Below are positions 1 to 10,088 of a stretch of DNA of 64,000 nucleotides, piece after piece. Source of the stretch: an uncultured Planctomycetales bacterium (lineage in GTDB: Bacteria > Omnitrophota > Gorgyraeia > Zapsychrales > JANLHA01); NCBI GenBank assembly GCA_964450385.1, contig CAYVEC010000009.1, positions 391 through 64,390 of the forward strand, read 5' to 3'. The number at the start of each line of letters is the position of its first letter. Position 1 is the first letter of the stretch. The notes beneath the pieces were generated by a model, which saw only the letters and a program-made list of their open reading frames with translations, was not told where the DNA came from and searched no databases. The position numbers were made by a program, and so were the translations under genes.

Positions 1-158
1 AGCTCATCCATGCGGGTCTGTTTGGCAGGGATGTCAAAGAAACCCCCTGAGTTGACCCAGTTTTTCGCTAAAGGCCCGGCATTTTTCCTTAATATCAGAA
101 TACATATTAGAACTTTCTCATCACTTTTTTCCAAAGAGGGTCATTATAACACACCTTG

Positions 159-1664
159 TTAGGCCGTCAACACGCTCGACCCGGGGTCGGCCGGATCTTT
201 TCTGATCCGCTGGATCGTCTGCTGAAGATCGAAAAAATTCTCCTCATTCGCCAGTACCAACAAAATATCCCCCCCCTCGATCACAGTCGGTCCCGAAGGA
301 ACGATGAACCGCCCTTCGCGGGAGATCAGAACAATGAGGCACCGGTCAGACAGGCCGAGATCACTGATCCGTTTCCCCACGGCCTCGGCATTATAAGGAA
401 CAATGATGTCTTTCAGGTCCGCGTCCATGGCAGCGGTCTTTTCAAACTCCAAAGGATATTTGACACGGTCTGCGAACGGCTCGTCAAGCCTGAGCATCCG
501 CGAGACGACCGGGATCGAGGCCCCCTGGATGAAGACCGAAGAAATAACCACAAAAAAGGCAATGTTGAAGATCGTGTCCGCCTGCGGGATGCCGGCCATG
601 AACGGAAAGGTCGCTAAAATGATCGGCACCGCTCCGCGGAGCCCGACCCAGGCGACCATCGCCTTTTTGCGCGGTTCCAGGCGGAACGGCGCGAGGCACA
701 GCCACACGCTTAACGGACGCGCCACCAGCATCAGGCACAAGGTCAAGAGCAGCCCCGCCCCCATGAACGGCACAATCCTCGACGGAAAAACAAGGAGCCC
801 GAGCATAACGAACATCATGATCTGCATGAGCCAGGCGATCCCGTCATGAAAGCGCATGATCATTTTTTTGTTCGGAAACTCGGCCTGCCCGAGCATCAGC
901 CCCACGAGATACACCGCAAGGAACCCGTTCCCCTTCACAAAAAAGGCCAGGGCATACGTCATGAGCACAAAGGCAATCATAATGACCGGATACAGCCCTT
1001 CATAATCGAGTTTAAACCGATTCATAAAAAATGTGATGAACCGCGCCATAAGATACCCGGTCAGGGCCCCAATCCCCATATCCAAAAAAAATCTCACGAC
1101 AAGACCCGCCGGATCCGTGCCCTGCTCGGTCAGCATCGAGATCAATCCCACAGTCAAAAAGACGGCCATCGGATCGTTGCTCCCGGATTCCAATTCAAGC
1201 AGGGGTTTTAAGGGCGGTTTCAGGCTGATCCGTTTCGAGCGAAGGGTGCTGAAGACCGCGGCCGCGTCCGTAGACGAGACAATCGACCCGAGGAGCAGTC
1301 CCTCAAGAAGGGAACACTTCAGGATCGCGACCGCACAGGCCCCGGTGATCACAGCCGTCAGAAGAACACCGATGGTTGAGAGCATGACACCCGGCCAAAC
1401 AACGGGCCGAGTCTCACGCCAATCGGTATCGATCCCTCCTGAAAAAATGATAAAAATCAGGGCCAGGATCCCGAATGATTTCGCGAGCTGCATATTATCA
1501 AAATTGATCGCGCCGATCCCCTCGGAACCAGCGATCATCCCGACCCCGAGGAACAAGAGCAGAACCGGCATCGCGAACCGGTCCGAGATCCGGCTCGAGA
1601 CAACGCTCACAAATATCAAGATTGACACATAAAGCAAAATACTCTCAAGGGTTACCATGCCCAT
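159..1664 (-). CDS. K+/H+ (monovalent cation:proton) antiporter, CPA1 family with C-terminal RCK/TrkA-C domain (NhaP2/CvrA-like)
   Basis: 501-aa ORF. Multi-TM N-terminal region is followed by a soluble C-terminal domain with the TrkA-C-like motif (ISDLGLSDRCLIVLISREGRFIVPSGPTVIEGGDILLVL). Confidence 0.7.
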   Translation of the reverse strand: MGMVTLESILLYVSILIFVSVVSSRISDRFAMPVLLLFLGVGMIAGSEGIGAINFDNMQLAKSFGILALIFIIFSGGIDTDWRETRPVVWPGVMLSTIGVLLTAVITGACAVAILKCSLLEGLLLGSIVSSTDAAAVFSTLRSKRISLKPPLKPLLELESGSNDPMAVFLTVGLISMLTEQGTDPAGLVVRFFLDMGIGALTGYLMARFITFFMNRFKLDYEGLYPVIMIAFVLMTYALAFFVKGNGFLAVYLVGLMLGQAEFPNKKMIMRFHDGIAWLMQIMMFVMLGLLVFPSRIVPFMGAGLLLTLCLMLVARPLSVWLCLAPFRLEPRKKAMVAWVGLRGAVPIILATFPFMAGIPQADTIFNIAFFVVISSVFIQGASIPVVSRMLRLDEPFADRVKYPLEFEKTAAMDADLKDIIVPYNAEAVGKRISDLGLSDRCLIVLISREGRFIVPSGPTVIEGGDILLVLANEENFFDLQQTIQRIRKDPADPGSSVLTA

Positions 1665-1703
1665 CCTTCCTGTGACACCGTCTTGCCGCCACGAGGGGCG
1701 CGC

Positions 1704-2786
1704 CTAATCAGCGACCCGGCGGATTCCCTTCATCTCAAGATCAAATTCACTCCGGCTGTCGGCCCGCATCCGCGCGTCCTCTTCCGTCACGAGCCCGGCC
1801 TTAACGAGCTGAACCAGCGCCTGCTTAAACGACTGCATCCCGAAAAGATCCCCCTCATCAATGAACTGCTGGATCTCATTCACCTTTCCCTCGCGGATAA
1901 GGCGCGCCACGGTCGGGGTGACGACCATGGTCTCACACGCCGGGATCCGGCCTGACCCATCGCTCCGCGGCAGGAGGCGCAGGGCCACGACGGCCTTTAA
2001 GACCGCGGACAGCTGAAGAAAAATCTCTTCATGCTGATAGGGCGGAAAGAAATTCACAATCCGAGTGAGCGTCTGCACCGCGTTGATCGTGTGAAAGGTG
2101 CTCACCACAAACGCCCCGAGTTCAGTCGCCGTGATCGCAGCGCGCATTGTGTCAACATCGCGGATATTACCGATATAGATGATGTCGGGGCTCTGCTGGG
2201 TGACGTGCTTCAAGGCGTCGGCATAGGAAAGCACATCGCTGTCCAATTCTCGCTGATTGATCACGCTCTTTTTGTGTGTAAAAAGGAACTCAATCGGGTC
2301 CTCGATCGTAACGATATGTTTCTGCTGGGTCTCATTGATCAGGTCGAGCATTGAGGCGATCGTCGTAGACTTGCCGCTCCCCGCCGGGCCGCACAACAGG
2401 ACCATCCCCGAACACTCCTCGCAGAGCTTGGTCAGCACCTCCGCGGGAAGATTCAATTCCAGAAAATTTCGCGTCTCGCCGCGGACATGACGGGCCACAA
2501 GTGCCGGCGTTCCGCGCTGAATAAAGACATTCACCCGGAAGCGGCCGAGCCCATCAACGACATGGATGAAGTCCGCCCCCATATTCTCCTGGAGCTGTTT
2601 CTTTTTGCGTTCATCGGTCAAGAGACGCTGAACGATCTTCCACATATCATCCGCAGAAAGGGTCTCCTCGGTCAGCCGTTCGATCTTCCCGTTGACCCGG
2701 ACACACGGGGTCGAATGCACCGAGAGGAACATGTCCGATGCCTGACGCTGCACCATCGACTGCAGCCATTTCTGAATATCCATCAT
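1704..2786 (-). CDS. pilT: Type IV pilus retraction ATPase PilT (twitching motility)
   Basis: 360 aa with Walker A (LLCGPAGSGKST), Asp box and His box typical of the PilT/PilU secretion-ATPase family. Confidence 0.8.
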   Translation of the reverse strand: MMDIQKWLQSMVQRQASDMFLSVHSTPCVRVNGKIERLTEETLSADDMWKIVQRLLTDERKKKQLQENMGADFIHVVDGLGRFRVNVFIQRGTPALVARHVRGETRNFLELNLPAEVLTKLCEECSGMVLLCGPAGSGKSTTIASMLDLINETQQKHIVTIEDPIEFLFTHKKSVINQRELDSDVLSYADALKHVTQQSPDIIYIGNIRDVDTMRAAITATELGAFVVSTFHTINAVQTLTRIVNFFPPYQHEEIFLQLSAVLKAVVALRLLPRSDGSGRIPACETMVVTPTVARLIREGKVNEIQQFIDEGDLFGMQSFKQALVQLVKAGLVTEEDARMRADSRSEFDLEMKGIRRVAD

Positions 2787-2831
2787 TCACCTTTCTGTTG
2801 TCACGCCCCGCACACGGGCCCCGTCACCGGA

Positions 2832-3155
2832 TCACCTCAAATGGCCCGGCCTCATTCGCTCGGCAATGCGCCGCTCCGTCATCAACAACGTCATTTTGCG
2901 CCCGTCGTCACGACCGGCATACCGTCCGACGGACCCATCCGACTTGATCACCCGGTGGCACGGGATGATCAACGGGAACGGATTCTTCCGCAGGGCCGTT
3001 CCCACGGCCCGCGCCGCCCCCGGGCAGCCAATCTGCCGAGCTACCCAGCTGTAACTGCGGGTCTCACCCAACGGGATCCGGGCCACGGCCTCAAGGACCC
3101 GCCACTGAAAATCCGTTAACCCTTCGCCAGGGAACGCCCGCTCGTGTTTAGCCAC
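2832..3155 (-). CDS. ogt: Methylated-DNA--protein-cysteine methyltransferase (short form, C-terminal domain only)
   Basis: 107 aa carrying the active-site motif IPCHRVI and a helix-turn-helix DNA-binding region. Confidence 0.75.
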   Translation of the reverse strand: MAKHERAFPGEGLTDFQWRVLEAVARIPLGETRSYSWVARQIGCPGAARAVGTALRKNPFPLIIPCHRVIKSDGSVGRYAGRDDGRKMTLLMTERRIAERMRPGHLR

Positions 3156-4455
3156 GGCCCATCCTCCGCCTCATCCCCTGCCTCTTCTGAACCCCGACGA
3201 ACGCGCGTCCCCGGAGGACCCGGTGGTACGCGACCGCGAACCGATGGGCCTCGTCGCGACACCGCTGAAGGAGCTGCAGCCCGAGCGACCGCGCCGGCAA
3301 CACAACCGGCGCCGCCCGGCCCGGAACAAAGATCTCTTCATGCTGTTTGGCCAGAGAGACGACCGGGATCTCGGCCCCCACATCCTCGAGGGCTTCAACG
3401 GCCGAGGCGAGCTGCCCCTTACCTCCATCGATGACGATCAGATCAGGAAAAACCTTGCGTTCACGCTTCAGGCGGCCATACCGGCGGCGCACAACCTCAG
3501 CGATCATCCGCACATCATCGATCCCGTCGATCGTCCGGATCTTATACCGCCGATACTGCGCCTTATCCGGACGCCCGTTCAAGAACGATACCATGGCCCC
3601 GACACTGTGGTCCCCCATCATCGTTGAAATATCAAAGGTCTCGATCCGCCGCGGGGGATAGACCAACCCCAACAAGCGCTGAAGCTGCTCGGCCTCTTTA
3701 AAATAATTCAGATCCGCGTCAGCCCCCTCCCCTCCGGAGGACGAGAAAAGGGCCCCGAGGGCCCGGAGCTGATCACGATACTTTGCTGCCGCCTCATAGT
3801 CCCGACTCTGCGACGCCCGTTCCATCTGCCGCTCAAGAAGCCGCGAGAGCCGATCCCTCTTCCCTTCGAGAATCCAGCGGATGTGCCGGATATTCCGCTG
3901 ATACTCCGCCCGGGTCTGAACCCCGATGCACGGGGCCCCGCACAGCCCCAGATGAAAATCAAGACAGGCCCGGTCGGGAATCGGATCGCAGGAACGAAAC
4001 GGAAAAATCCGACGGAGGATCCCCAGGGCCTCGCGGATCAGGCGCGGGCTCGTGTAGGGTCCATAATAAAACGACGAACCGGCGCGCGTCCGGGGACGAA
4101 CGATCATGGCGCGCGGGAACTCCTCGCCCGTCACCTCAATCAAGGGATACATCTTATCGTCACGGAGGCTGATGTTGTAATACGGCTGATGCCGCTTGAT
4201 CAGATTCGCCTCCAAAATAAGAGCCTCCGCCTCGCTGTCCGTGACCACGTGATCGATCTGACGGACGCGATGGACCAAAGATTCAGTTTTTGTCGTCTGG
4301 CCGCGGGACCGAAAATACGACCGAACCCGCTGGCGAAGGTCAACGGCCTTGCCGACATAAATCACGGTGCCGGCCTCATCCCGCATCAGATAGACCCCGC
4401 TCTGACGCGGCAGCCCGCTCGCTCGGATTTTAAGCGCCTCGACTGAATCGACCAC
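3148..4455 (-). CDS. uvrC: Excinuclease ABC subunit C, lacking the C-terminal (HhH)2 domain
   Basis: N-terminal GIY-YIG motif (GVYLMRDEAGTVIYVGKAVDLRQRV), a UvrBC-interaction region and an RNase H-like domain (DLIVIDGGKGQL). The ORF stops where the HhH domain normally begins, and its stop overlaps the ogt start by 8 nt. Confidence 0.75.
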   Translation of the reverse strand: MVDSVEALKIRASGLPRQSGVYLMRDEAGTVIYVGKAVDLRQRVRSYFRSRGQTTKTESLVHRVRQIDHVVTDSEAEALILEANLIKRHQPYYNISLRDDKMYPLIEVTGEEFPRAMIVRPRTRAGSSFYYGPYTSPRLIREALGILRRIFPFRSCDPIPDRACLDFHLGLCGAPCIGVQTRAEYQRNIRHIRWILEGKRDRLSRLLERQMERASQSRDYEAAAKYRDQLRALGALFSSSGGEGADADLNYFKEAEQLQRLLGLVYPPRRIETFDISTMMGDHSVGAMVSFLNGRPDKAQYRRYKIRTIDGIDDVRMIAEVVRRRYGRLKRERKVFPDLIVIDGGKGQLASAVEALEDVGAEIPVVSLAKQHEEIFVPGRAAPVVLPARSLGLQLLQRCRDEAHRFAVAYHRVLRGRAFVGVQKRQGMRRRMGRG

Positions 4456-6016
4456 GAACCCACCTCCCCAGATCCCGCGCCTGCGGCACCCTGACGATCC
4501 GGCAGACGATCAGATACACGACCGCGCCGCAGAGTCCAGCCGCGATCAGCCCCGGCCACGCGGCCCATGCGCCAAGCCCGCGCCAGACCACGGCCACCAC
4601 GGCGGAGGCCGCGACCGAAGCCGCCATCGCCCTCAGAAAAAAAACGCCCAGCCCCTCTGTCACCCCCGGCAGCCGACGGGCCATGATCACCGACAGGGCC
4701 ACAAAATTACCCCAGGACACAATGGAACTCGCGAGCGCGATCCCAGCGATCCGCATCGGCCACATGAGGATCAGATTCAAAATAAGATTCGATACAACAC
4801 AGACCGCGGCAATAACGACCGGTGTTCGCGTATCTTGCTGAGCATGAAATGCAGAGACCAGCACCTTGACGCCCCCGAAGGCCGCAAGCCCGATCATATA
4901 AAACACTACGGCCTGTGTCGTGATCGCCGTGGAATACGTGTCAAACGCCCCCCGCTCAAACAGAAGCCGTATCACGGGTTCCGCCAAGACCATGGTCATC
5001 GTCGAAATCGGGAGCATCACAAAAAAAATGTTTTCCAGAGAAAAAAGGATCGTCTCCCCCATCGCCCGGTGATTCCGTTCGGCCGACAAGGCTGACAGCG
5101 TCGGAAGGGCCGCGGATGCAAGGGCCACGCCGAACAGACCCATCGGCAGCTGGATAATACGATTGGCATAATAGATCGCGGAAATCCCGCCGGCCCCCAC
5201 AACCGAGGCCAGCGACGCGCAGACCGTGTCAACCACAACCCCAAGCTGATACACCCCGGCGCCGATCATGCGCGGCACAAGAAGCCGGCCCATCTGAACG
5301 ATCGCGGGATGGCCGGTCGGAAGCGGCCGCTGACAAGCGAACCCGAGTCGGAATAACGGCGGCATCTGAACCATCATCTGGGCGATACCGCCCACAAGGA
5401 TCCCAGCGGCGACTCCGTAGACGGGTTCCCGCATGGCCTGAAACGCCCATACGGCGCTCACGATCATCGAGAGATTGAGAAGACACGGGCTAAAGGCTGG
5501 GACCGTGAAGCGGCGGAAGGTGTACAGGATCCCCATGGTATACGCCGTCAGCCCGATAAAAATCGCGTACGGAAACAGCATCCGGGTCAGCGACACCGTG
5601 AGAGCGAACTGATCCGGTCGCCCGGCAAATCCCGGGGCCATGATCCGAATGATCCCGGGGGCAAACACCATGCCGAGGACCGTAAGCGCCCCCAAGACCA
5701 ACGATGCCACAAGGAGCAGACGGCTCACAAGCGACCAAAAGCGTTCCGGCTCTTCGTGTTGACGATATTCCGCAAGGACAGGGACCACCGAAGAATTCAC
5801 CGCGCCTTCGCCCACAAAGTCACGGAGGAGATTCGGGATCCGAAAGGCCACAAACAAGGCATCGGCCTGCACCCCGGTCCCCAAGAAACGGGCCAGGACC
5901 ACATCACGAACAAACCCGAGGACCCGGGACGCCAGGGTCCCCATCGAAATGACCGATGTCGACTGGAGAAGGACCGAGCGCGAATTCAGCCCCCCGTCTG
6001 TTTTTTCATTTGACAT
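4430..6016 (-). CDS. murJ: Lipid II flippase MurJ/MviN
   Basis: 528 aa, ~14 TM segments, N-terminal signature (ISMGTLASRVLGFVRDVVLARFLG). Confidence 0.8.
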   Translation of the reverse strand: MSNEKTDGGLNSRSVLLQSTSVISMGTLASRVLGFVRDVVLARFLGTGVQADALFVAFRIPNLLRDFVGEGAVNSSVVPVLAEYRQHEEPERFWSLVSRLLLVASLVLGALTVLGMVFAPGIIRIMAPGFAGRPDQFALTVSLTRMLFPYAIFIGLTAYTMGILYTFRRFTVPAFSPCLLNLSMIVSAVWAFQAMREPVYGVAAGILVGGIAQMMVQMPPLFRLGFACQRPLPTGHPAIVQMGRLLVPRMIGAGVYQLGVVVDTVCASLASVVGAGGISAIYYANRIIQLPMGLFGVALASAALPTLSALSAERNHRAMGETILFSLENIFFVMLPISTMTMVLAEPVIRLLFERGAFDTYSTAITTQAVVFYMIGLAAFGGVKVLVSAFHAQQDTRTPVVIAAVCVVSNLILNLILMWPMRIAGIALASSIVSWGNFVALSVIMARRLPGVTEGLGVFFLRAMAASVAASAVVAVVWRGLGAWAAWPGLIAAGLCGAVVYLIVCRIVRVPQARDLGRWVRGRFSRGA

Positions 6017-6068
6017 CCCAAAACCCTTCTGCTATATTATTGCCCTTTACGAGAAAGGAGCGAGTGCT

Positions 6069-6332
6069 GTGCCACAAAGACGATCCGGTATAAAAGAATT
6101 ACGGAAAAATGAAAAAAACCGTTTGCATAACCTTGATATCAAGACCGATCTAAAAAAGACCGTTAAGTCCTTTAAGACGAATGTCGCTGCCAAAAATAAG
6201 ACCGAGGCAACGAAGGCCCTTAACGAAGTCTATAAAAAGATCGATAAAGCTGCCAAGCGCAATCTGATCCATAAAAATACCGCCGCGCGACGAAAATCCC
6301 TTTTTTCCCGTCAGCTCAGTTCCCTCGAATAA
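6069..6332 (+). CDS. rpsT: 30S ribosomal protein S20
   Basis: GTG start preceded by AAAGGAG at 6054-6060. The product (VPQRRSGIKELRKNEKNRLHN...KAAKRNLIHKNTAARRKS) matches the S20 family. The upstream part of the listed ORF overlaps murJ and is not coding. Confidence 0.8.
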   Translation: MPQRRSGIKELRKNEKNRLHNLDIKTDLKKTVKSFKTNVAAKNKTEATKALNEVYKKIDKAAKRNLIHKNTAARRKSLFSRQLSSLE

Positions 6333-6333
6333 T

Positions 6334-6996
6334 TCATGATGCCATGAGGGCTGAGAGTTTCGTGACGAGGACCTCTAAGGCATATTCTGATTGAATCTTC
6401 GTGCGTTTCATCCAAACATCGGCCTCCTGTAAATACTGGAGGCCTTTTTCAAAAGCCGCCGACGAAACCCGGCCGCGCGCCTTATTCCCCCAGAACCAAA
6501 CGATCCCGCCCATCAACAGGAGCGGCCGGTCTCCGCGCTCAAGAAGCGCTCGCAATGAGGCGACCGCGCCTGCGGCCTGACCTCGAGCGACGCAGGTCGT
6601 GACATCGAAAACATTCCCCTTCACCTCAACCGCATCGCCCTGGATTGTCACATGGGCAGCCAACTTTTTGACCGCCGCGGCTGACCGGCCCCACGCGTCC
6701 GACTCCACGACAACCGCGGTCGCCGCTTGGTCGAGTTGAAGGAACTCCGCGAGGATCTCGAGGGCCTGGGCGTCAAGCTTGTGCGCCTCAAAAAGGACCA
6801 CGAGCCGTTGGGCGGCCAAGGCCGGCAGCTGGATCAGGGTCTCTTTTAATTCTTTAGCGGATAATTTATGACCATAGAGGGCGCTGTAATCAAACTCGCG
6901 GGCGTCGGGCCCGGGCAGAAGCGCGTCCCTAAGTGCCCGGATCTCCCGGCTCTTTTTTTGATGATCAGTTCCTAAAAGGAGATAGTGCATGCTCAA
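6334..6996 (-). CDS. holA: DNA polymerase III delta subunit (short)
   Basis: N-terminal YLLLG.D motif and the conserved position downstream of lptE in the leuS-lptE-holA neighbourhood. At 220 aa it is shorter than canonical HolA. Confidence 0.55.
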   Translation of the reverse strand: MSMHYLLLGTDHQKKSREIRALRDALLPGPDAREFDYSALYGHKLSAKELKETLIQLPALAAQRLVVLFEAHKLDAQALEILAEFLQLDQAATAVVVESDAWGRSAAAVKKLAAHVTIQGDAVEVKGNVFDVTTCVARGQAAGAVASLRALLERGDRPLLLMGGIVWFWGNKARGRVSSAAFEKGLQYLQEADVWMKRTKIQSEYALEVLVTKLSALMAS

Positions 6997-7031
6997 ATCG
7001 CCATGTGTCCGCGTCTACGGGCCGCAGGCCG

Positions 7032-7562
7032 TTACCAGTTCTCGATGGTCTTTTCCACGATGCGTTTCGCCAGGTCCTTGACCGCTTTGTCAACCGCGTC
7101 ATCCTCGCTACTGACCTGGGGGCCCTGAGTAAAATAATCCGCCTCACCCACAAATCGACCGGACTCCCAGAGCATCTGCTCCCCATGTCGGTCATAGACA
7201 GAAATGCTCACCGCGATCTGAATGCGATATTCCTCAGCATCATCACTGTCATCGCGCCTCAGGACGAATCGGCGATAATCAATGAGCTCCGCCTTCAACA
7301 CCAGATCCGCGGTGTCCGGCTCCGCCTCGAGCCGGAGGTTCCCGTCAAATAGAAAACGGTTGACCACCGCTTCATGGGCCTTCACCTCAAGGAGCGGAAC
7401 ATAGACATAGTCGCCGCCGATACTCGTAAAATCGATGCTGTTCTTAAAAGATTCCACATGGACGGTCTTGAGATGCGACGGGAGCGCTGACTTTGCCGTA
7501 TACCCGCACCCGAGCACCGATGCTGCCGCGACCACGGCGACCAACCGAAGGATCTGTTTCAT
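7032..7562 (-). CDS. lptE: LPS-assembly lipoprotein LptE
   Basis: Start reassigned to MKQILRLVAVVAAASVLGCGY (lipobox LGC), where the ATG overlaps the bamD stop in an ATGA arrangement. Gene order leuS...lptE-holA is conserved. RBS-like GGGGA lies upstream. Confidence 0.6.
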   Translation of the reverse strand: MKQILRLVAVVAAASVLGCGYTAKSALPSHLKTVHVESFKNSIDFTSIGGDYVYVPLLEVKAHEAVVNRFLFDGNLRLEAEPDTADLVLKAELIDYRRFVLRRDDSDDAEEYRIQIAVSISVYDRHGEQMLWESGRFVGEADYFTQGPQVSSEDDAVDKAVKDLAKRIVEKTIENW

Positions 7563-8503
7563 TTCGTTTCCCCTAGCTGTTGTAACCGCTCCAAGGCCTT
7601 TGACGCCCACGGCGTCTCTTTAAAATCGGAAATGATGATATTGTAATAAATCTTCGCGGACTCATATTGCCCGTGCTTATCATAAAACTCGGCGATGAGA
7701 AAATTGTTTTCCGCCTCTTTCTGCCGAAGCTGCTCGACCCGAACCGTGGCCTCTTGGGAGAGTTCGGCATCGGGATATTCGCGGGCAAAGCCTTCGAACT
7801 GATCGATGGCCGCCTGGGTGATCTGCTGATCATAGGCTGCGCCAGCGGAACGCTCGGCGTCAACAAGGGCCACCTGATACCGGGCCGACGTGGCCCAGTC
7901 GCTCGCGGGATAGTCATTGATCGTTTTTTCAAAGGCATCGCGCGCCTCCTGCCAGAGCCCCTGCCCCTTCAGGAACAGCCCGATCTTATACTGGGCGGGT
8001 GCGGCGAACTCGCCATACGGGGCGTTCTTGATCACCGTCTCAAATACCTCTGTGATGTTGGCCGGATTGGCGCGGAGCTTCGCCCAGATCCCGTCAGGCC
8101 GATTCTTCCCGTCGAGCATCTCACATCCGATCTTGTATTGCGCCTCAACGATCTCGGCCGAACGTGTTGTAAACGGATATTTCTTGATGACCTGCTGATA
8201 GGCCTGAAAGGCTTTATAGAGCTCTCCCTGCTCGTTTAAAAAACGGCCGATATAAAACTGCGCCTCCGCGGCCTCGCGGGCCTCTGGATAATGGCGGATC
8301 AGTTTTTGCATCTCTTGAACGGCCTTCGCGAAATCACCGGTCTGGGCCGCCTCAAGCCCGGCTTCGAGCTGCTTTTGGGGAGTGGGCTTCACATCATATT
8401 TTGGATTGACCCAGCGGCCGCTCTCAGGGGTCCATACCCAAAAGGCCATGGCCGGCCGAGCCCACATCGTCAAAAACAGCATAAAAATGAAAATTTTTCT
8501 CAT
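7559..8503 (-). CDS. bamD: Outer membrane protein assembly factor BamD (TPR lipoprotein)
   Basis: Start reassigned to MRKIFIFMLF with a GAGGGG RBS upstream. TPR-rich product with the YfiO/BamD-like repeat pattern. Confidence 0.7.
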   Translation of the reverse strand: MRKIFIFMLFLTMWARPAMAFWVWTPESGRWVNPKYDVKPTPQKQLEAGLEAAQTGDFAKAVQEMQKLIRHYPEAREAAEAQFYIGRFLNEQGELYKAFQAYQQVIKKYPFTTRSAEIVEAQYKIGCEMLDGKNRPDGIWAKLRANPANITEVFETVIKNAPYGEFAAPAQYKIGLFLKGQGLWQEARDAFEKTINDYPASDWATSARYQVALVDAERSAGAAYDQQITQAAIDQFEGFAREYPDAELSQEATVRVEQLRQKEAENNFLIAEFYDKHGQYESAKIYYNIIISDFKETPWASKALERLQQLGETK

Positions 8504-8546
8504 ATTCCCCTCTGATATATTAGTATTAGTAATTTTTAGCACTTTA

Positions 8547-10088
8547 TCATAGGCCCCTGTGTTTGTCAATCCAGCATCGGCGAAGAATCACCGCCCCCGC
8601 GATGAGAACCAAATAATAGATCACGACGAGCGGGACCGTGGGCGGAGGGATGACCCAGCAGGCCCCAGGCGCATAACGAAAAACGACCGCGCTTGCGATA
8701 AGCAGCCTCAACGCGGCCTGAATATTGACCGCGACCAAGGCCGCGGCGGCCGGACACAGGATCCCCACTGCAAGGAGAAGAAAGCCGCTCGCGATCAAAA
8801 AACCCGTGAGCGGGACCACGATCATGTTCGCCGCAAGGGCCCACCATGTGATGTGATGAAACCAGTACGCGACAAGCCCCGCGACACCGAGCCAGGCGGA
8901 AAGGTCGACCGCGACTGACTGGATCATCCGGTCCCCGAACGATTCCCGTTCGACCGGGAAGATCCGCCGGAGCCCGGCCTCGATCACCGCGAAAAGGACC
9001 ATGATCCCGCCAACCGCGGCGAACGATAATTGAAATCCAAGATCGGCGATATACCCGGGGTTCACACTGAGCGTGACCCACCCGGCCACGGCCAGGACGT
9101 GAAGACCGAGACGCGGCCGCTCCACGAGAAATGAGACAAAGAACATCGCGGCCATCACACAGGCCCGTAGCACGGACGGGCGCTCTCCGATGAGGGCCGC
9201 ATACCCGAGGAGGGCCGCCATGGTCACGATGCTCCGCGCCCTCATCCCCCCTGGAAAAAAACCAGCCAAAATGAAAAAGATCCCGGTGGCAATCCCGATA
9301 TGAAGGCCGCTGATCGCAAGGACATGCGAGATCCCGACCCGCTGGAACAGGTCGCGGAGATCCGACGAGAGACGCCCTCGGTCACCAAAGAGCAGGGCGC
9401 GCATCACCCCGCTGTCAAAACCCGGAAGATACCGGTCAAAGATCCCCAAACACCTATACCGGACCGATCGAAGAAACCGGCGCGGCGTCATCGGAATCGC
9501 CCTCTGTTCAATCGGATCCCGTCGAGAGACCGTGAGGACAAAGGCCACCCCCTGACGCGCCAAATACTCGTCATATGAACTCGTCCCATCGCGGTCAAGA
9601 CTGGAAAGCCTCTCCCAGCGACCACGGCACCGCACACGGTCCCCGTCCTTCAATTCCGATTGCCCATAGGCCTGGACAAGGACCCGTCCGCTCACCGGCA
9701 GGGTCTCCCCATCAAACCCGATCCGCGCCGCCTGGACAAAAAAGGACTGACGCGACCAGGCCGTTCCCCGGCGGATATCGCCCGCGATCTCGCCCTCGAT
9801 CCAGATCCGCCCCGGCGCGAGAGCTCCGTCAAACCGTCGCAGATCATCAAAGGCCGGGACCGCATGGGCCCGGGCGCAAAAGACCCCGAGCATGATGACC
9901 GCCAGGATGCAGAGGGCCGGCGACCAGGCTCGACGATAAAACACCCCCCACCCCGCGCCGAGACAGAACGCGAACGCCGAAACGGTCCAGAGCGGGATCC
10001 CCGGGCCCTGACCAACTCCGCAGCCTGTGGCAAAGGCGGCGGTCAAGATGATCACCGCATACTTATTCCGTTTCATCGCGCACCACAA
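8547..10088 (-). CDS. comEC: ComEC/Rec2 family DNA internalization channel (no metallo-beta-lactamase domain)
   Basis: 513-aa polytopic membrane protein with the competence-domain motif ISGLHIGIATG. It sits immediately downstream of comEA. Confidence 0.7.
   Translation of the reverse strand: MWCAMKRNKYAVIILTAAFATGCGVGQGPGIPLWTVSAFAFCLGAGWGVFYRRAWSPALCILAVIMLGVFCARAHAVPAFDDLRRFDGALAPGRIWIEGEIAGDIRRGTAWSRQSFFVQAARIGFDGETLPVSGRVLVQAYGQSELKDGDRVRCRGRWERLSSLDRDGTSSYDEYLARQGVAFVLTVSRRDPIEQRAIPMTPRRFLRSVRYRCLGIFDRYLPGFDSGVMRALLFGDRGRLSSDLRDLFQRVGISHVLAISGLHIGIATGIFFILAGFFPGGMRARSIVTMAALLGYAALIGERPSVLRACVMAAMFFVSFLVERPRLGLHVLAVAGWVTLSVNPGYIADLGFQLSFAAVGGIMVLFAVIEAGLRRIFPVERESFGDRMIQSVAVDLSAWLGVAGLVAYWFHHITWWALAANMIVVPLTGFLIASGFLLLAVGILCPAAAALVAVNIQAALRLLIASAVVFRYAPGACWVIPPPTVPLVVIYYLVLIAGAVILRRCWIDKHRGL

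Noticed and set aside
156-1632. Several 120-200-aa plus-strand ORFs (156..617, 403..849, 846..1211, 1033..1632)
   Set aside because: All lie antisense to the well-supported antiporter gene and have R/P/G-rich low-complexity products, so they are spurious high-GC ORFs.
3144-3434. 96-aa plus-strand ORF at the ogt/uvrC junction as a possible missing UvrC HhH remnant
   Set aside because: Wrong strand for uvrC, and the product is a proline- and arginine-rich low-complexity sequence.
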